DNA of 64,000 nucleotides from Perkinsus olseni (Eukaryota): NCBI GenBank assembly GCA_013115125.1, contig JABANN010000002.1, positions 1 to 64,000 of the forward strand, read 5' to 3'. Shown piece by piece: positions 24,241 to 38,800 of this stretch (position 1 is its first letter; each line of letters starts with the position of its first letter). The notes under the pieces were generated by a model. It saw only the letters and a program-made list of their open reading frames with translations, ran no database searches and was not told where the DNA came from. The position numbers and the translations under genes were made by a program.

Positions 24241-25113
24241 GGGGTTGTGTAACTCAGGATGGAGGAGCGGGACGCTCCTCTGCTTGGACGGCTTGCTGTA
24301 CTTGATAATGAAAGGTCACCTCATGACGATGAGCACGAAAATGCTGCTACTGATATGATGCGCAAATATTCCCCTGTTGTTTCAAAGTGCTTTACTGCGA
24401 AGACGTTGTGAATAAACCGAGTGATGCATCACCAATCAGATTGGTCCAATCTGTTGGTGCAGATCATGCACAGGGGGATAAGTGCGAGCGAAAGTATGCC
24501 GGGTGCGACCGCACAATAGGAGTAGTGGACGAGCACACAATAGGGCTAACCTCAACCAAGAGGGCTAACCTCAAGACCAGGAACCGACACTGAGAGAACA
24601 TTCTCTAACGCACCCTATGCAAGCGAGAGGCTAAGGGCCGATAAGAGAAGGTTTTCCTCGATAGTAGTGACGGCGGGGAGCTCGGGCAGCAGTACCACAC
24701 TGAGACGGTGTGCAACGAAGAACGTCGTTCTTTGCCGAGAACCGTATAATAATCATGAAGACTAACGAGCCGCAAAAACGCGGCTGTGACAAGACTCTTG
24801 TCACAGCTGCGTTTCCACCGCCAGCATGCCTTTTGTCACAAGAGCCACGCTGGCGGCGAAAGGCCGGCCCGAGATTGTCAAGAAGGTGATCGATCATATG
24901 GGTCATACTATGATCCAGGTGATATTGCAGACTACATTGAACTCTTTCGCCTCAGACTTGAGTTTATATGGTACGTAGATACTTTGGGTAACACGACGAA
25001 GCTGCAGCTTCTGCCTCTATCTACAGACTCAATGAGAGCACCTCCCAACGATCAAGCATCAGCTGAGCCCCTAGATCTCGGTAGTATGTAGTTAAATATA
25101 TATGTTACACATA

Positions 25114-25175
25114 TATGTAATACTCACATGTATTTACATACAGTATAATATGTAAATACATGTGAGTATTACATA
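25114..25175. repeat. Perfect 27-bp inverted repeat with 8-nt spacer
   Basis: TATGTAATACTCACATGTATTTACATA (25114-25140) and its exact reverse complement (25149-25175). Confidence 0.9.
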
Positions 25176-25684
25176 CAGTGATAGAGCTCTCGAGATTTCT
25201 AGAGCTAGCAATAGACAATGATGTAAGGCACAACGGCTGCGATGTCGGTGGACGCGGCCTCGCCCCTGCCTTCCGCTCCCTGGCTGTGAGGTAAGATACT
25301 AGAGGCAGTCTCTGCTCACTCGACCCGGACCGGGTATGGAGTCGGTCGGATCTCTTGTGTTCTTCTGAGGAGCGGTGGCTACCAACTGTGTTTGGCAGCA
25401 AGCACAGGCCACCGCGTAGTTGCTGGCTCTGGGACGAGCTGAAGCAGCTCAGAACCGAGCCACGCACTTTAGAGTGCGAAATTGTGAGTTTGACGCTCCC
25501 AAACTCGGCAGTACGAGAGTTCCTCGAAATGCGGAAAATGGCCGCTATCCCTAGTCATTCACCGGGTCACCCAAAGACTGTGTGACACAGTCTGTGTCAA
25601 AAGACCTGACTTCGAACTCGACAATTCAAAAGTGAAAAACTTCCTGACAGAACCATTACCTGGACATCCACAACGAGGCGCTGA

Positions 25685-28600
25685 CTAGTCGACAGGGATG
25701 GGCCCCATCTTCTGTGCCTCATAAATCCTCGAGTTCATAGCGTCGACCTCGGTCCATGCATTGCCTGTTGAGGCTTCCGCTAAGGGTTCGGTAAGGTCCG
25801 AGTCGGGTCCAGTGACCAGTCGTTTATACTCGATCAACGAGAACATCGCCTGAAAGAAGAAGAACTCTTCCTCTCTGTAACTTCCAGAATTGAAAGCATT
25901 CTATTTCTCCTCACGAGGTAGGTCGCGGGTTCGAATCCCAGCAAGTGCTTTTCGCGTTCCACGCTTCCATCGTGATTAATAATATCGTTCAGCTACTAGA
26001 CAACATTTAACAGACGATGGCGCTAACAACATTTGGGAACCACTATAATCTCCGAAGCGAGAAGACATCTTACCACAGCCACAAGAAAGGACACTGAAGA
26101 TACTATCCCAGCGGCCAAGAAGGTGATACCGCCATGTCCACGCAAACTAGTATAAGCGAAAAGGGAGCCGATGACGACCGGACCGATACAACCGCAGAGG
26201 GAAGTGAAGGACTGGAGGACGCCCAGGGCATGGCCAATCTTATCCGAACCAAAGTACCTGCCAAGCGCGATTGATACGGCCACGAAAGGCTGGGAGGCCC
26301 GAGACTGATTTGGCGAGTGATGACCGAAGCTAATCTATTGCCATGCGAAGCGACGCACTGTTAACTTTCCCTAGGGTCCCTATTTCTAGATTGAACCCTC
26401 ATGAGACTCACCTCGAGAGAATGGCGCTAAGGCCAGCTGGGAACCAAGAGCACGGTACGGCTTGCAGTGGTAATAGGCAGAATGCCATCACTTTGCTGTT
26501 CGTGAAGGCCATGCCAATTTGAAACACCACCAGGCCCAGTAAACCAGAGTATCTGAAGGCTTCAACCATCTCACCTTCCTCTGAAAGGTGAATTTGCCCC
26601 GATGCCTCTAGGTAGTCAGTCAACCCATTCGAGAGGCTGATTTGCCTAGTGAATACGTTCCTGCTCATCATTGCGACCGTCAGCGAGTCACTCGCTCACG
26701 AGCGGCATGCCTGTGATTTCGTCCATGAGGACCTCGCTCGCTGTTTAAATACAAGGCATTATAGGAGTCCTTTTGATGTGACTGTGGTACACTCTTTACT
26801 TTGTTAAGGAAGAATGCAACATGCAATGCTAAGCCCACTATGAGGCCACAGGCAGCCACGTCGCGCGAGAACAGCGATCGATATACGGGAACTACGGTGC
26901 TATATTCTTAGTTGGGCTGTCGAAACTGAAGTCGTTCACACAGCGCGACGACGAGATTGATCAATATTATAAAGTTGGCCTACATCATCCTCTCGCCGTT
27001 CATCCATCCCCTCTTGATCGCCCTCGGCAGCACCAGCAGGTTAACCAGGAAGCCCAGAATGCCAGACATAAACATTGTGAGAGATATGTCCTTCGGAGCA
27101 AAGTCCACGATCTGCTGCAGGTAGAGCAATTCGACCCCGGCCGAGCCGTCCCTCTGGATGTCCGTCAAGCACACGACGACACAGGCAGTGACCAGGGTCA
27201 TCGTCCGCGCAGAGAAGATTCTCCCGAACATGTGAATGTACGAATCCTTGCCGATCTCCGATGAATTTCGTGGCGCGCGACGTTCCCCGTCGTCATCCTT
27301 GTTGGTAGATCCTCCTTGAAGCGCGGAATTCGTCTCGGGTATAACGAAGAAGATGTAGAGAATCTCGATAATTCCGATGGCAGCACAGAGGAAGGCAAAA
27401 CCGGCGCGGCCAAATAGCAGGTTAGAAAGACGGCCGACCATCGGCCATAGGGCGATGCCGAGCATGATCAGACCACCGACCATAGAGTACCTAAGCCCGG
27501 CACTACGAAGTAATCCGATAAGAGGCTGAATGTCGTCAAGTGCTGCCAAGAGCCCATACCACATTTTCCGGTACTTGCGATGATTATCGCTAAGACACTC
27601 GCAGGGGCAATGATGTAACGATTACGGTATGCAGTCATTCGACAAGAAATTGGCAGGCGGGAGACTGAATACCATCGAGTATTGCAAAAAGCTCATACCA
27701 AATTTTTCGATACTTTACGTGAACTGAAGGTCCCTTTGATGGTCATCTTTACGACACGCGGAAAAGATTTGATAACCACGGTATCATCATTTTTGTATTT
27801 ATAGCAATACCATAACTTTTCCATATCTATACGCAGGGTGCCGTTAAAAAAACCCATCCCTCTTCAAGTTTTGGTAGCGAACGAGTTGAGAGATGTAACG
27901 CACACCAACAAGAAAAAAAAGGAAAAAATGAAAAAAGGAGAAAAGAAGAGAAAAAGGAAATGGGCGTGCGAGGGGTACAATACCCACCGGCAGCCGCGGT
28001 CCGTGCAGCTACAAGGCCGCGCACCCGAAAGGGTAGCAAAGGCTGCACAACAGCAACCGCACACCAATCGGAAGCTCGCGTGGGGCTCTCCATAACCGCG
28101 TTCACAGCCGCATCTTATTCGCAAGTTTCACCCTCGAAATACCGAACCAAACGCCGAGAAAATTCCGGCACTCTACTGAAGCGGAAAGAGCACGGCATGT
28201 GAACCCACCCTACTACATCCACAATCGGAAGGCGTCGTCGCCAGCAGCAGCATCAGCGAGACAGGCTGTACACAAAGCGAGCGGGCCCATGGTGGAGTTA
28301 CCTGATGAAGCAGAGGGAGATCTGCGGATTTGACCCGACCTTGGAGTAGAAGCTGGTAATTTCTCGGTACGAGAATCCCATGGCAGCAGCATGGCGTGGT
28401 AAAAGCGCGGTCTCTGTCGAATCGCAGTCCCTGCCTATCACCTGCAACGGCAGCGAGGAGCATTCCGACATAGTAGAGGGTCAGAGAGATGTGGTTCAGC
28501 CCGACGAGGAGACCAACCACTGGTAGAATCTAAAAGGCGTGAGCGCGAAATCTAATAGAAAAACCGAAAAATCGCGACTTACCAGAGCCGCGTAGGAGAG

Positions 28601-29501
28601 GAGCAGAAAGGGTTTGCGACCGTGGCGATCAGATGCTCGGCCAATGACGACAACTCCGACCATTGCAGTTGCGGATATTACCGCATTAAGGATCGAACCA
28701 TCTAAAAAATGCGGGAGGTATCTTCAGGTTGAGCTGGCATGATACAGAACAGCTCAGGACGGAGGAACTCACAGAACGATGCCGCTGCGGTTGCACAAGA
28801 GAAGTCATCCCGTTCACAAAATAGGCCGCCAAAGTAGGCCACTTTTAAGCGTACCTGTCGCCGATCAGTCCACTAGGTTCGAGAGAAAGCGCAAAATTGG
28901 AGCTCACACGAAACGCGCTGCGGAACCACAAATTTGTGATCGCAGAAATTTCCTCTCCTGAATCGCCAGCAAACGTTGAAACTCATTAGTAAGCCGTTAT
29001 GTGATAATTACGGTGGCGTATCTATACCATTGAGAAGACCAGTTCGCGGTGAAGATCATCTACATGGGCTCGGGGATTCCACATTGGCGAGTTGTTGTTG
29101 TTGAGACAGCAGCAAATTGGCGGTAGGGTCGCGATGGCGGGAGATGCAATTGGCGGACGGAGAAGTCATTTTAGCGGCAGGCCTCAAATAAGGAACTCAA
29201 TTTCGCGAACACGGCACACAATTTCATCATTAAGAAATTAAATTTCGCCGATAATACCTCTAAGAGATATCAGAAAAGCTTTCCTTACCATCGTATATGA
29301 ATCCTACATGAATCACCGAAAGCTGCTGAAACCCGCTGTATGAGTAGCTAGAGGTGTCAGAAAAACCTATTCCCTTATTACCAAATAGGGCATGAGCAGG
29401 CCGAAGTTGGCTGAGCCGAGGAAACTCAGTGGGAGAATCTTGTACGCTAGCCGGCGATTCGACGATGAGGTTGTTGATGGCTCATGAGAGGGTGACGACA
29501 T
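25685..29501 (-). CDS. Major facilitator superfamily transporter (TetA/MFSD14-like), multi-exon
   Basis: Start MSSPSHEP..KILPLSFLGSANFGLLMPLF; motif A IGRASDRHGRKPFLL (~28600-28645); YIFFVIPET; GHALGVLQSFTSLCGCIGPVVIGSLF; stop after ...GPIPVD. Confidence 0.85.
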
Positions 29502-29888
29502 TCGAAATAAAACTGACGAGGCAGCACTGATCACCACCACAAGAAGAATGGCAAAGCTAAGTTCAATGTGAACCTAACGATGGTTAGTTTTCGGGTTTGA
29601 AATACCAAAAAGGACTTTTTTTCGACCTCCGACCGAGCCCGTCCTATTGGCAGGGATGACAATTGGTTTATTGGTTTAATTATTGGTTCGGTCGGCAATT
29701 CCCTCATCACGAAAATTTACTCCCGTTGTAACTATAACGACCAACGACATCAAGCCCAATCCCGTGTCAATCTCAAAGCCTGCGTGACTTGTGAGCTCGA
29801 ATCAGATGTTATTTATTGCACGTGTTGCCTCCAACCGAACCATCATCACCGCAGTCCAACTCATCAGAATCAAAGCCTGACTAAATCA

Positions 29889-32800
29889 ATGAAGGTAATG
29901 CAGAGGAAACCATCGGGGATGACCAGGAAAACAGCGACAACGACCACGTTTCGGAAGACTTTAAGTTCCACCCGGACGACTTGGACGCTTCGTCTCACTC
30001 TGGTAGCTTTCACGTCCGCGATTAGGGCAGAATGTGAACTGCACCCGTTCATCCACGTGGTCCGAGAACGGCGGTCGAGCTATTGAAGTACTGTGTCAGT
30101 GCTGCTACGTGGCATAACGCCCTCATGTTCTTAGTTGCATTGCTTTCCTTACAGACTGTATGTAAAACGCTAGTGTTCTCGACGATTAGTGATGAAAGAC
30201 AACGGAGTGAAGTAATGGGGAAAACACGCGAAAGTGAGGCCATTATGTCAGGGCGCGCGAGAACGACGGCCGAGCAATCGGAGCACTGAGCCAGTGTCAT
30301 AGTGGCACATTTTGTCTTCGTTATCACACAGTATCTGCTGGGAGACACTTGCGCACTCGTCAAATCTTGTTACTTCCTCAACGGAACAGCGCAATTTCCA
30401 GTGGACTTGGCCAGTCGGTGTGCCCTTGAAAGTATTCCCATCTTCGCAGGGGTGTCCCTCTCATTCACTTTCTGTGGCTTTGGCCGATCCGAGTCCTCGA
30501 GAAGATCCTTCCTTATTCTGACAACTCTAGCGGATGGTCCTAGGAACGCGTACCAGTGGTATGCAAGGCTCTCTTGGGGGCATCCTAGCCCTGGGCCCCG
30601 ACACAAACCAGGGACAGCTCCTGATGGCCATCATAGAACGAGCCGTATCAAAAACTATCAGAGAGGTGAGTGGCGGGTGAATCAGCAGCATAGACGACCC
30701 TCTCATCGCTCAGGTAAACGCTGACGTCCTGGAAGCCATCGCCGCGGACACCTCGGACCTAGTTGAGACGAAAATGGCGAAAATGCTGGATTCGAGATTG
30801 TCGCCAATTGCACAGCAGTTGTCGGAGATACACTCTCACCTTGGTATCAAGCCCTCCGCGACTCCCGAGGCGCCTGCCATGCCCACTCAGCCGTCGTCAA
30901 GACGTGCTCAAGCGAAGGATACGATTGCTCCGGTTATTACCGGCGTATCTAATGAACGTGAATCCGCCACACTTCGACCTCCAGCGGCGAAGAGTCGCGC
31001 TGAGGCGTTGAGACAGAAACGTGGAAGTCACCTTCCTAGCAGCCATGATGCACTGCCTCCCGTTAAAAATGAGAAGAAATTTACCTCATATCCAGCAACG
31101 TCGAGAAGGACCCCTTTCGCAGCTGCTGAGATGAAGCGTAGCTTGACGCCCAGGACGGATCCAGTTGGTGATGTTGCTGCTGATGGAGAGGAGGCGAAGG
31201 ACGGGCGAACGGCAACTCCGAAGGAAGAGAAAAATCCCGAGGGTTCACCACCATCTAAATGGAAAGTTCTGCGAGAAATTGTCTTCAAAAGTGGGGCGCC
31301 TAGGGTAGCTCCGTTAGAGACAGTTCTTCCGGATTCATCCGACGTTGCTCGAGACCGACCGGGAGGAGGTGACCCGAAACCGCCGGCAGAAACACCGGTG
31401 AGACTTCTGCCGGGGACGGTACCGGAAGAGCAACCCACAACGTTCAGACCGGGAAGAGTGGCGAGGCCTGCGAAGGTCGAAAAAAACATAGACGATGAGC
31501 TTCCTGAGGGTGCCGGTGGTAGAGGACACTTGGTCGGAGATGAGGTCGCCAAACCTGATGGAACGAAGAGAGTAGAGTTAAAGACTGATAGTGTTACTAA
31601 GGGCTCTCATGGATTGGAGCGGTCTGCGAGTAGTAGTCAGAGAAGCTCGATCGGTGGAGGAACGCCTCGGGCAATGGGAATAAGCGTGAGGTTGGCGGAG
31701 GAAAGCCATGATGAGGGAAATAGCAGCAGCATGCCGGTGATGAGTCCTAGGCGGCTGGGGAGCAACAAGAGAAATGGGAAGAACTTGTTGGGGAGCAGCG
31801 GGCCTCGGAAGGCATCACTGCAACCTCCACCACCTGCAGGAGAAGCTGAGGTGAGTCAAGGAACCCACTTATGCAAGTTTTGACCTATTTTGTATCTTGC
31901 ACGATCGACCCTGAGATACCCTCTGCCATCAGCCAACTGTCAGTTAGTTGGATCTTTTTCAGAGTCCTGGACGAAGGAGCTTCCGGCCAGGCAGTACGGG
32001 AACCACTGCGCTTTCATCAACTGGTGAGAATGCGCAGGCTCGCCTGAGGCCAAAATATCAAGCGTCTTGAGGTTTTCGGCACTCTGGCTTCCGCACAGCG
32101 TCTTAGCTAGACTGGCTCGGATAGGGGAATGGCTACTTCGTACCGACGGCCACATCAGTTTCCGGGGAAGCGGACCAAAGATGCTGCAAGCTCGTTGCTC
32201 TCTAGGTACCCCACAGGCAGAGAACGACGGTGAGGAGGAGGCAGAGGTGGAAGAGTTGATGCATGTGAAATCGCTGGCCTTGAGGTATAGGGAGGAATTG
32301 GAAAATGAGGAAATGGAAGTTGCCCAATGTGAGTATCCTGCGCACAGCGAAGGATACGCCGGCTTGTGCATGCGTGCGGTATCTTGCTCCCTTCTTCCAG
32401 ATGCTCTTGGGCCCAAGCGTAGCTCACGAGCGGCAGAAGAGGGGCATAGAGTAAGTGGTATCACGCATCATCGTTCGAAGCGACTGAAGCAAGATGAGGT
32501 GAGTTGCGGTCGGGCGGATGATACCAGTCATTGCCAAGCTCTCAACCACCGCTTGGTTTCCCCTCGGTCGTTCGTCATTCGTGCCCTCTTTCTCAGTTGG
32601 AGAAGATGATGTCTTTGTTGCCTGATGAGGCGAAGGACCGTGGCAAGATGTTCGGTCGGCGAGGGAGCCTGGCCGGTATCATGGCTGATCCGTTGGCTGC
32701 TATGACGGAATGCTCCAGAGCACTCGTTGCCGACCCTCATTCCCAAACAAGGTGGGCTCTACTCCCTAATAGAAAGACTACCTGCGTGTCCCTTTGCTTC

Positions 32801-35800
32801 CGCCTCGGAGTACTCAACTTGTCTTGATCGTCATAACCGTGAATTCAACGTGTCAAAAAGCGCATAGTTGGTATTTTCGGCGTCCGGGTATCTTCAGGTT
32901 GATATGGGACCTCATCATCTCTACCTTACACATGTTCCAGGCTACCACCATCCCCTTCGCCTTGGCCTTCTACCTGTCCGACAAGGAGCGTGCCGACTCG
33001 CCCCTCATGAACATTCTCCCAGTTTCTGATGTTGTCTTCGGCATCAACATCCTAGTCACGTGCTTCACTGGCTTCTACATGGACGGTGCCCTCGTTCGCG
33101 AGCCTAAGATTCTCGCCCTGCGGTATCTGAAAACTTGGTTCCTCATCGACCTCGTTGGCGCCTTCCCATATGCCGCCTTCTCCAGTGAGTCAGCTGTGTG
33201 TCAGTGGCTCAGGTTACTGAGGCTTCTCATTATTGGTCGGACTGGCTATTTACGGCACCAGATCATGAGCCGTATAGAGCATCGCGTTCAAAGCGAGCTC
33301 CTGTTCATTCTCCTGGGCATTGTGAAACTGGTCATGCTCCTCATTCTGGTGGCTCACTGGGGAGCATGCATATGGTGGGCGGTTGGTGCATCCGGATACT
33401 TAGCGGACAGCGGTCCTGAGGGGTGGATAACGGTAGGTCCAGCGCGGGTTCGAATCCTTGGGAGGGTACTTAATATTTTCAGGAATTCGGTCTCCCTACT
33501 GACGATTTATGGCAAATGAGCCGCATACGTCAGTACACCGCTTGTCTGTATTTTATGACATCGACTATCACAACGGTCGGATATGGAGACATTCATGCTG
33601 TCACTCATTCAGAGCGAGTGTAAGGTCGATCGTCCCGCCTGCCCGTGACTTTATCTTGTTTCAGGTTTTGTGTCATTTGCGAGATTTTAGCGGGCAATCT
33701 GTTTGCCCTATTTTCTGGTTTGCTTTGCTCGCTGATTTTGACGTATGATGAGGTCGGGGCTCAATTCAGAGCGCGACTGAAGACGGCTATGAGGTGGGAT
33801 GAACTTTGCACGATTTTCTGTCTTGACAAATTCACTAGGTACATGAATCGCCATAACGTAGATCATGGCGTCCAAATTCAAGTGCGACGCTTCCTTGAGA
33901 GGCTTTTCCAGAACCAGGCTAACGAGCAGGCTAAGTCTGACTTGCTCACGTAAGCTGGAGAGCGCCTCGACCGAGCTGAATCTTTCCATGGAAATTCGGC
34001 AGCTCAGAGTGGCTTCTATTTGATGGTCTGATTATTATACTTAACGTGCAATGTTCTATTCGAGAGCATGCGTTGTGGTACAATACTGGTTGTTCAAGTG
34101 ACTGAACTTGGTGGCGGAATCCTCCCATTAATGCATTCTTCGGTTTCACTCAGGTTGCTGCGTACATCAGAAGGCCTCCAGAATCGAGTATTGGTCGGAG
34201 TCATGGGAAGAATGCTCAAGAACTACAAATGGTTCGATGTCAAAATCACAGATGCTCAGCTGGGCCGGGTTGCATCCGTTGTCCTAACGAAGTGAGTATC
34301 ACTGGCGTGGAACTCTTCGGTTCCGGTAATCGACGAGGGGTAGTCACTGAGCCACAATCTCCCGCTGTAGCTGCACGGCCGTTCTTTTGCATTCCCGCGT
34401 ACAATGATAGGTCGTAACTGGTTACGTTTCGGAAATTTATGAGGTGGGACTTCTGCCCTGTCTCATCGCTGTGTTGAGGCTGGTTACGTCCGGATCTACC
34501 TAATTTGTTCGTTCGAGTAGCGGGTCAGCGGTTCAGTAGAGTGTTATGCTCAGGTACTTCGCTCCGGGGGATCTGGTCTTCTATGCGGGTGACAAAGCTG
34601 AGTGTATGATCTTTGTGGTCAGGGGTTTGATCAAGTGCAAACGGGACAAAAATAGTAGGTCTCCTGGGTTCCTATTCCCTTTTTCACGCGATATCTCTCG
34701 CAGGTGAAGTCCCAGGCTCGGTATTTAGGTTAAAGCGCTTCGAGGGCTCTCCCAAACCCATTTCTTCCTACCTGGCTCTCAACGGACCGCGTAGCTCTGG
34801 TTTGAGAGACTCTCAGCCGCGCGCTAATTACCGCGCCACGATATATGGCTTCAGTACGGCTCTTACCTCGCTTGTGCCTGGCGATTACGTCGGCGAGAAG
34901 GCGCTGTTCACGGACGACTTCGAATGGCCTGATATCGCCGTCTGCACTACTTTTTGTGAGGTCTACGAGCTTGATCGTCAATCGTTCATCGAAAAGTGCG
35001 TCCACGTCCTGCCCGATCTACATGATGTTTACCTGGAGAAATGCTTGTTCATGGCCACGGATAATATAGCCTCTGGAGGCAGTGGCATGACTCTTGAGAA
35101 GATCAAGCAAGTCGAGGAGTTACTCGGTAGGGCGTAGCTTGGAATTGCCACGATTCATTCTGACAGGATTGGGCTATCACGTCGATGACATGCGAAATTC
35201 GGAAAGCTCATTTTGATCTTTCCTCAGTTGAGGGTGCCTCGGCAAATTCCGTCGACGAGAATAATCGTCACATAATATGCGAGCCCGCTTCGCAAGGGCA
35301 GGTCGAGATTCTGCTGCTGCTGTTGGGGTTCGGGGCGAATGTAATAATGAACACGTTCGTCACTTCTCCCTGGGTTGTTGTATTTTTCTAGGAATAAATA
35401 TGACGCTATTGATTTCAGGTTAATTTTTTCCTCAAACCGCGGGGCGATCACACCCCGGCGAATCTCGGTGGCCAGTCATTGAGTCATCGTACTCAAAATC
35501 TCGACGCGGCTCCCTCGGTCGGACGGCATATTTGGAACAGAGCGGCAATGCGTACAGCGGAGGAGCTTCACTCAGGATCGTTTTTGGAAGTTGATCGGGA
35601 GGATTCGGGAATATACGGCAATGTGAGTGCGTTTGCTTTTTTTGAAATTACCGGCAGCATTATAAGGGATGGATTTATGTGTAACATGAATTGATAATCA
35701 TCTAAAATCATGGGAATAGCCCGTAGTTTTGTCTCCATGTTAGTCCATTATCATAACTAATTACACATTGTGTATCGGCTTAGAAAGAGATGAGTCGCTG

Positions 35801-38800
35801 TATTGAACTGGATAGTAGACCGAGGCTCGTCGTGAGGAATTTCACCAACGCCCATCGTGGACACTCGGAGGCCTACTTTGATTTCTCCGAAGGAAGTTTT
35901 GTTTCTCCGAGAGGTATTCTCGTAGATAGATGTCGAATGATTATGGATAGGCTTGTTGTAGTTGACGGAAGATGGAAAATTACTAGCTTGATCGGAGTTG
36001 ACGACTTGGCCAGCGTCTTGTGATGTCAACGACTCTTGTCTTGTCTCGCGACTCTGCGTCAATTGTGATCGAGGCAGATTGTCAATGAGTGTTCATTTCA
36101 GCGCATGACACCTGATCGTCTGGCGCCGCTCCAAATGGCTATTCAATCCGGCAGCATAGCGGCAGTGGCTACTCTGGCTCGTCATACGAATCTTCTCATC
36201 CTGCAGCAGAGAGAGGAGGACCATCCATTGGCGGCAATGCGGTTGCACAATAAGGGCCCCTCCCTGGACCCGATGGTCCCCATCTTGAAGGCACCGTTGA
36301 TTATGCGATACGAGGTAGTTCGGGGTCGCTCATTTCCGACTTTTTCTCATGTCTCTGTTGGGATATTCGGATTCCAGCTCCCGGTGTCTGAAAGATGGAA
36401 AGCTCTGAGAATCGGGGCGATATCTCTCGCTTGTTTATGAGCCCTGCATTATTTTTCTCGTCGAAATCAGTTCCTCGTGAACTAAGCATTTTTTCGAAGC
36501 GTATAGAGTACGGGGAACTGCGTGTACTTTGTGAGGGTATCCGACTTCCTCTCATTGACAGGTCTTAGCAGCAGCAGTGATGCAAGGATGCCAATCGATC
36601 GCTATGCAGATAATCACGGATGGGAAGAGGAGAGAGGAGTCCACAGGGGTTCAGTTTGATGTTATGCGGGTGAGTTTTTTCTACGGGGAAGCTGTCGCGA
36701 AGTGTTTCTGTTGTAGCTTTTCTATGGTTATGAGGCTGGCGCAATGTCCATCTTACCAGCGTTCCGGGCTGCCTTGCCGGCGGCTGAGTTAGCCGAGAGA
36801 TACGGTCATGATACCGAAGGGAGGAATCTCATTCACTTGGCAGCTGAGAGCGGTCAGGTTGAGGTGAGCTTACACGTGAACAGCAGATCGAGAATGAAAC
36901 GTGAACTCGTCAGATGCTAGAGTTTCTCATTAACACGAAACTTTTTCCAATGCCGAGGGCATTAGAAGCCTTCACCGAGCCGAATCCAGAGCCTCAAGTT
37001 GAGATGCCGATGCTGGCGGCTGGCGCCGGTCATACTCCGCTCCATCTAGCTGCAATAAGAGGGAACATCGATATCGTCACCAGCCTGGTGGACGCGGGAG
37101 TTAGTATCAACATCACCAATCGCCTGGGGCAAACGGTAGGGCGGAGCGAAGGCTACTACTAGTCGTGCGAATTTCCTTTGTGTGTGAGTTTAAAATCCAA
37201 CGCCGACAGTACGGCTTGGTTAGTCCAGCTCCGATGAATCTTTCTGTGGGCGAACGGTTGAGCCTGTTGGATAGGCCCAGTTTATCAAACCGAAGAATGT
37301 TGCTCTCACAGGGAGAAGGTCATCGACAGCTGGGGCGAATTTCGTGGTTATCCGTTGCAGATTCTGGATGTGGCGCTGAAGTATGAGCAAGAAGAAGTTA
37401 TCAACTTCATCAGAGCGTTCGATCTTTATGATGCTGCGAAGCAAGGGGATATGGGTATCTTCGAGAGTCTCGACCCGAACATGAGCGAGCACGTGGTGAG
37501 TCACTGAGGTTCAATCGTGCCGAGACCAAGAGGCGTGAATAGTCTTGACGGCTGCACTTGTATTTTACTGCCTCTCGCACATAGCAGCCGCCGAGCCCTG
37601 AGGGTCTGGCGAACTGCTGAATCACTAGTCTTTTTGAGATAGAATCGGCTCCCGCATTTTTCGCCCACAGCTGTTTGATCTTTGCGTGGCGAAATGGACA
37701 GTAGGAGAATGAATGGGAGCTCAATTTCTTTGGAAACAGTGTGCCGCAGAGCGTACGAACTCCTTGTGAACGTTACGCGGGTGCACGAGGTTGAAATATT
37801 TCTGGATTTGAGGGAACTTTGAAGTGGGGCTTCGCTGGCAACATTCAGCCTCCCATGCAAGTACGTATGCTGGGTTCATCACGAGCTCGGGTTCTCGCGA
37901 ATATTTGTGTATTTGCCGATTTATAATTGCAGAAAACTCTTTGTTTTGCTACTATTATTCTTCATAGCTGCCTGATGTTGATATCAAATTTAAGCTATAT
38001 TTTTATGTATTTTAACATAATCAACATCGAGGAAAGGCTAGGAAATCAACTCAATGTAGATATGAGCATAGAAAATTCTTTTGTGTTCCTGAAAGGGCGG
38101 AATAGGTATCCAAGGCTTCTCTCTTTATTGATCTGACACGGAGAATCGGGGTGAATTGATGTGTCGTCGATCAGAAAAGCGTCAATTCTCATCACCCCAA
38201 GACAGGCAGCACGCCGCTGTACATAGCAGCTGGGTCCGGGCATGTCGATGTTATAAAGAAGCTGATCGAGCTGAAGGCCGAAGTGGACAAGTAAGGCTAC
38301 TGAAAGTACTCGCCGGAATATCGCTTTCCTCCTCCGACAACCGCTACGATGCTTGTTTGCAGACCGATGCCCTCTACCTTCACTGCCCTGCACGGCGCCG
38401 TCTCGGCTGGTCATGCTGACGCAGTTCAAGTTCTCCTCGAGGTCGGAGGAGCTGACCCGATGCGGCGAGTCGGGTCCGCAGACGTCGACAAGGGCCAGCT
38501 CGGAATATCTCCGCTCGAGACTGCCCTGAAGAAGGGGAAAAGTGAGGTCATCGACCTGCTGTATAAGCGGGTCGGAGCCCAGGGCGTTTCCATCGACGAT
38601 TTGCGGGCGGCGGCGCAGAAAAAGAACTTTGCGTTTTTCGACCGAGTCATTGCGGATCATCCTCCGTTGCTGAATGAGGTTACAAATGCTCTTGGGGAAA
38701 AGCTGGCTCATGTAGTTGTGAAATCGCTTGACGAGAAGGGCTTGGACGAGTTGAAGAAGCGAGGGGTCGAGTTTGCGACAACGCGGACTCAAGAGGGCCA

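Noticed and set aside
24542-24574. 14-bp direct repeat AGGGCTAACCTCAA x2
   Set aside because: Only two units; simple local duplication, not an array or CRISPR.
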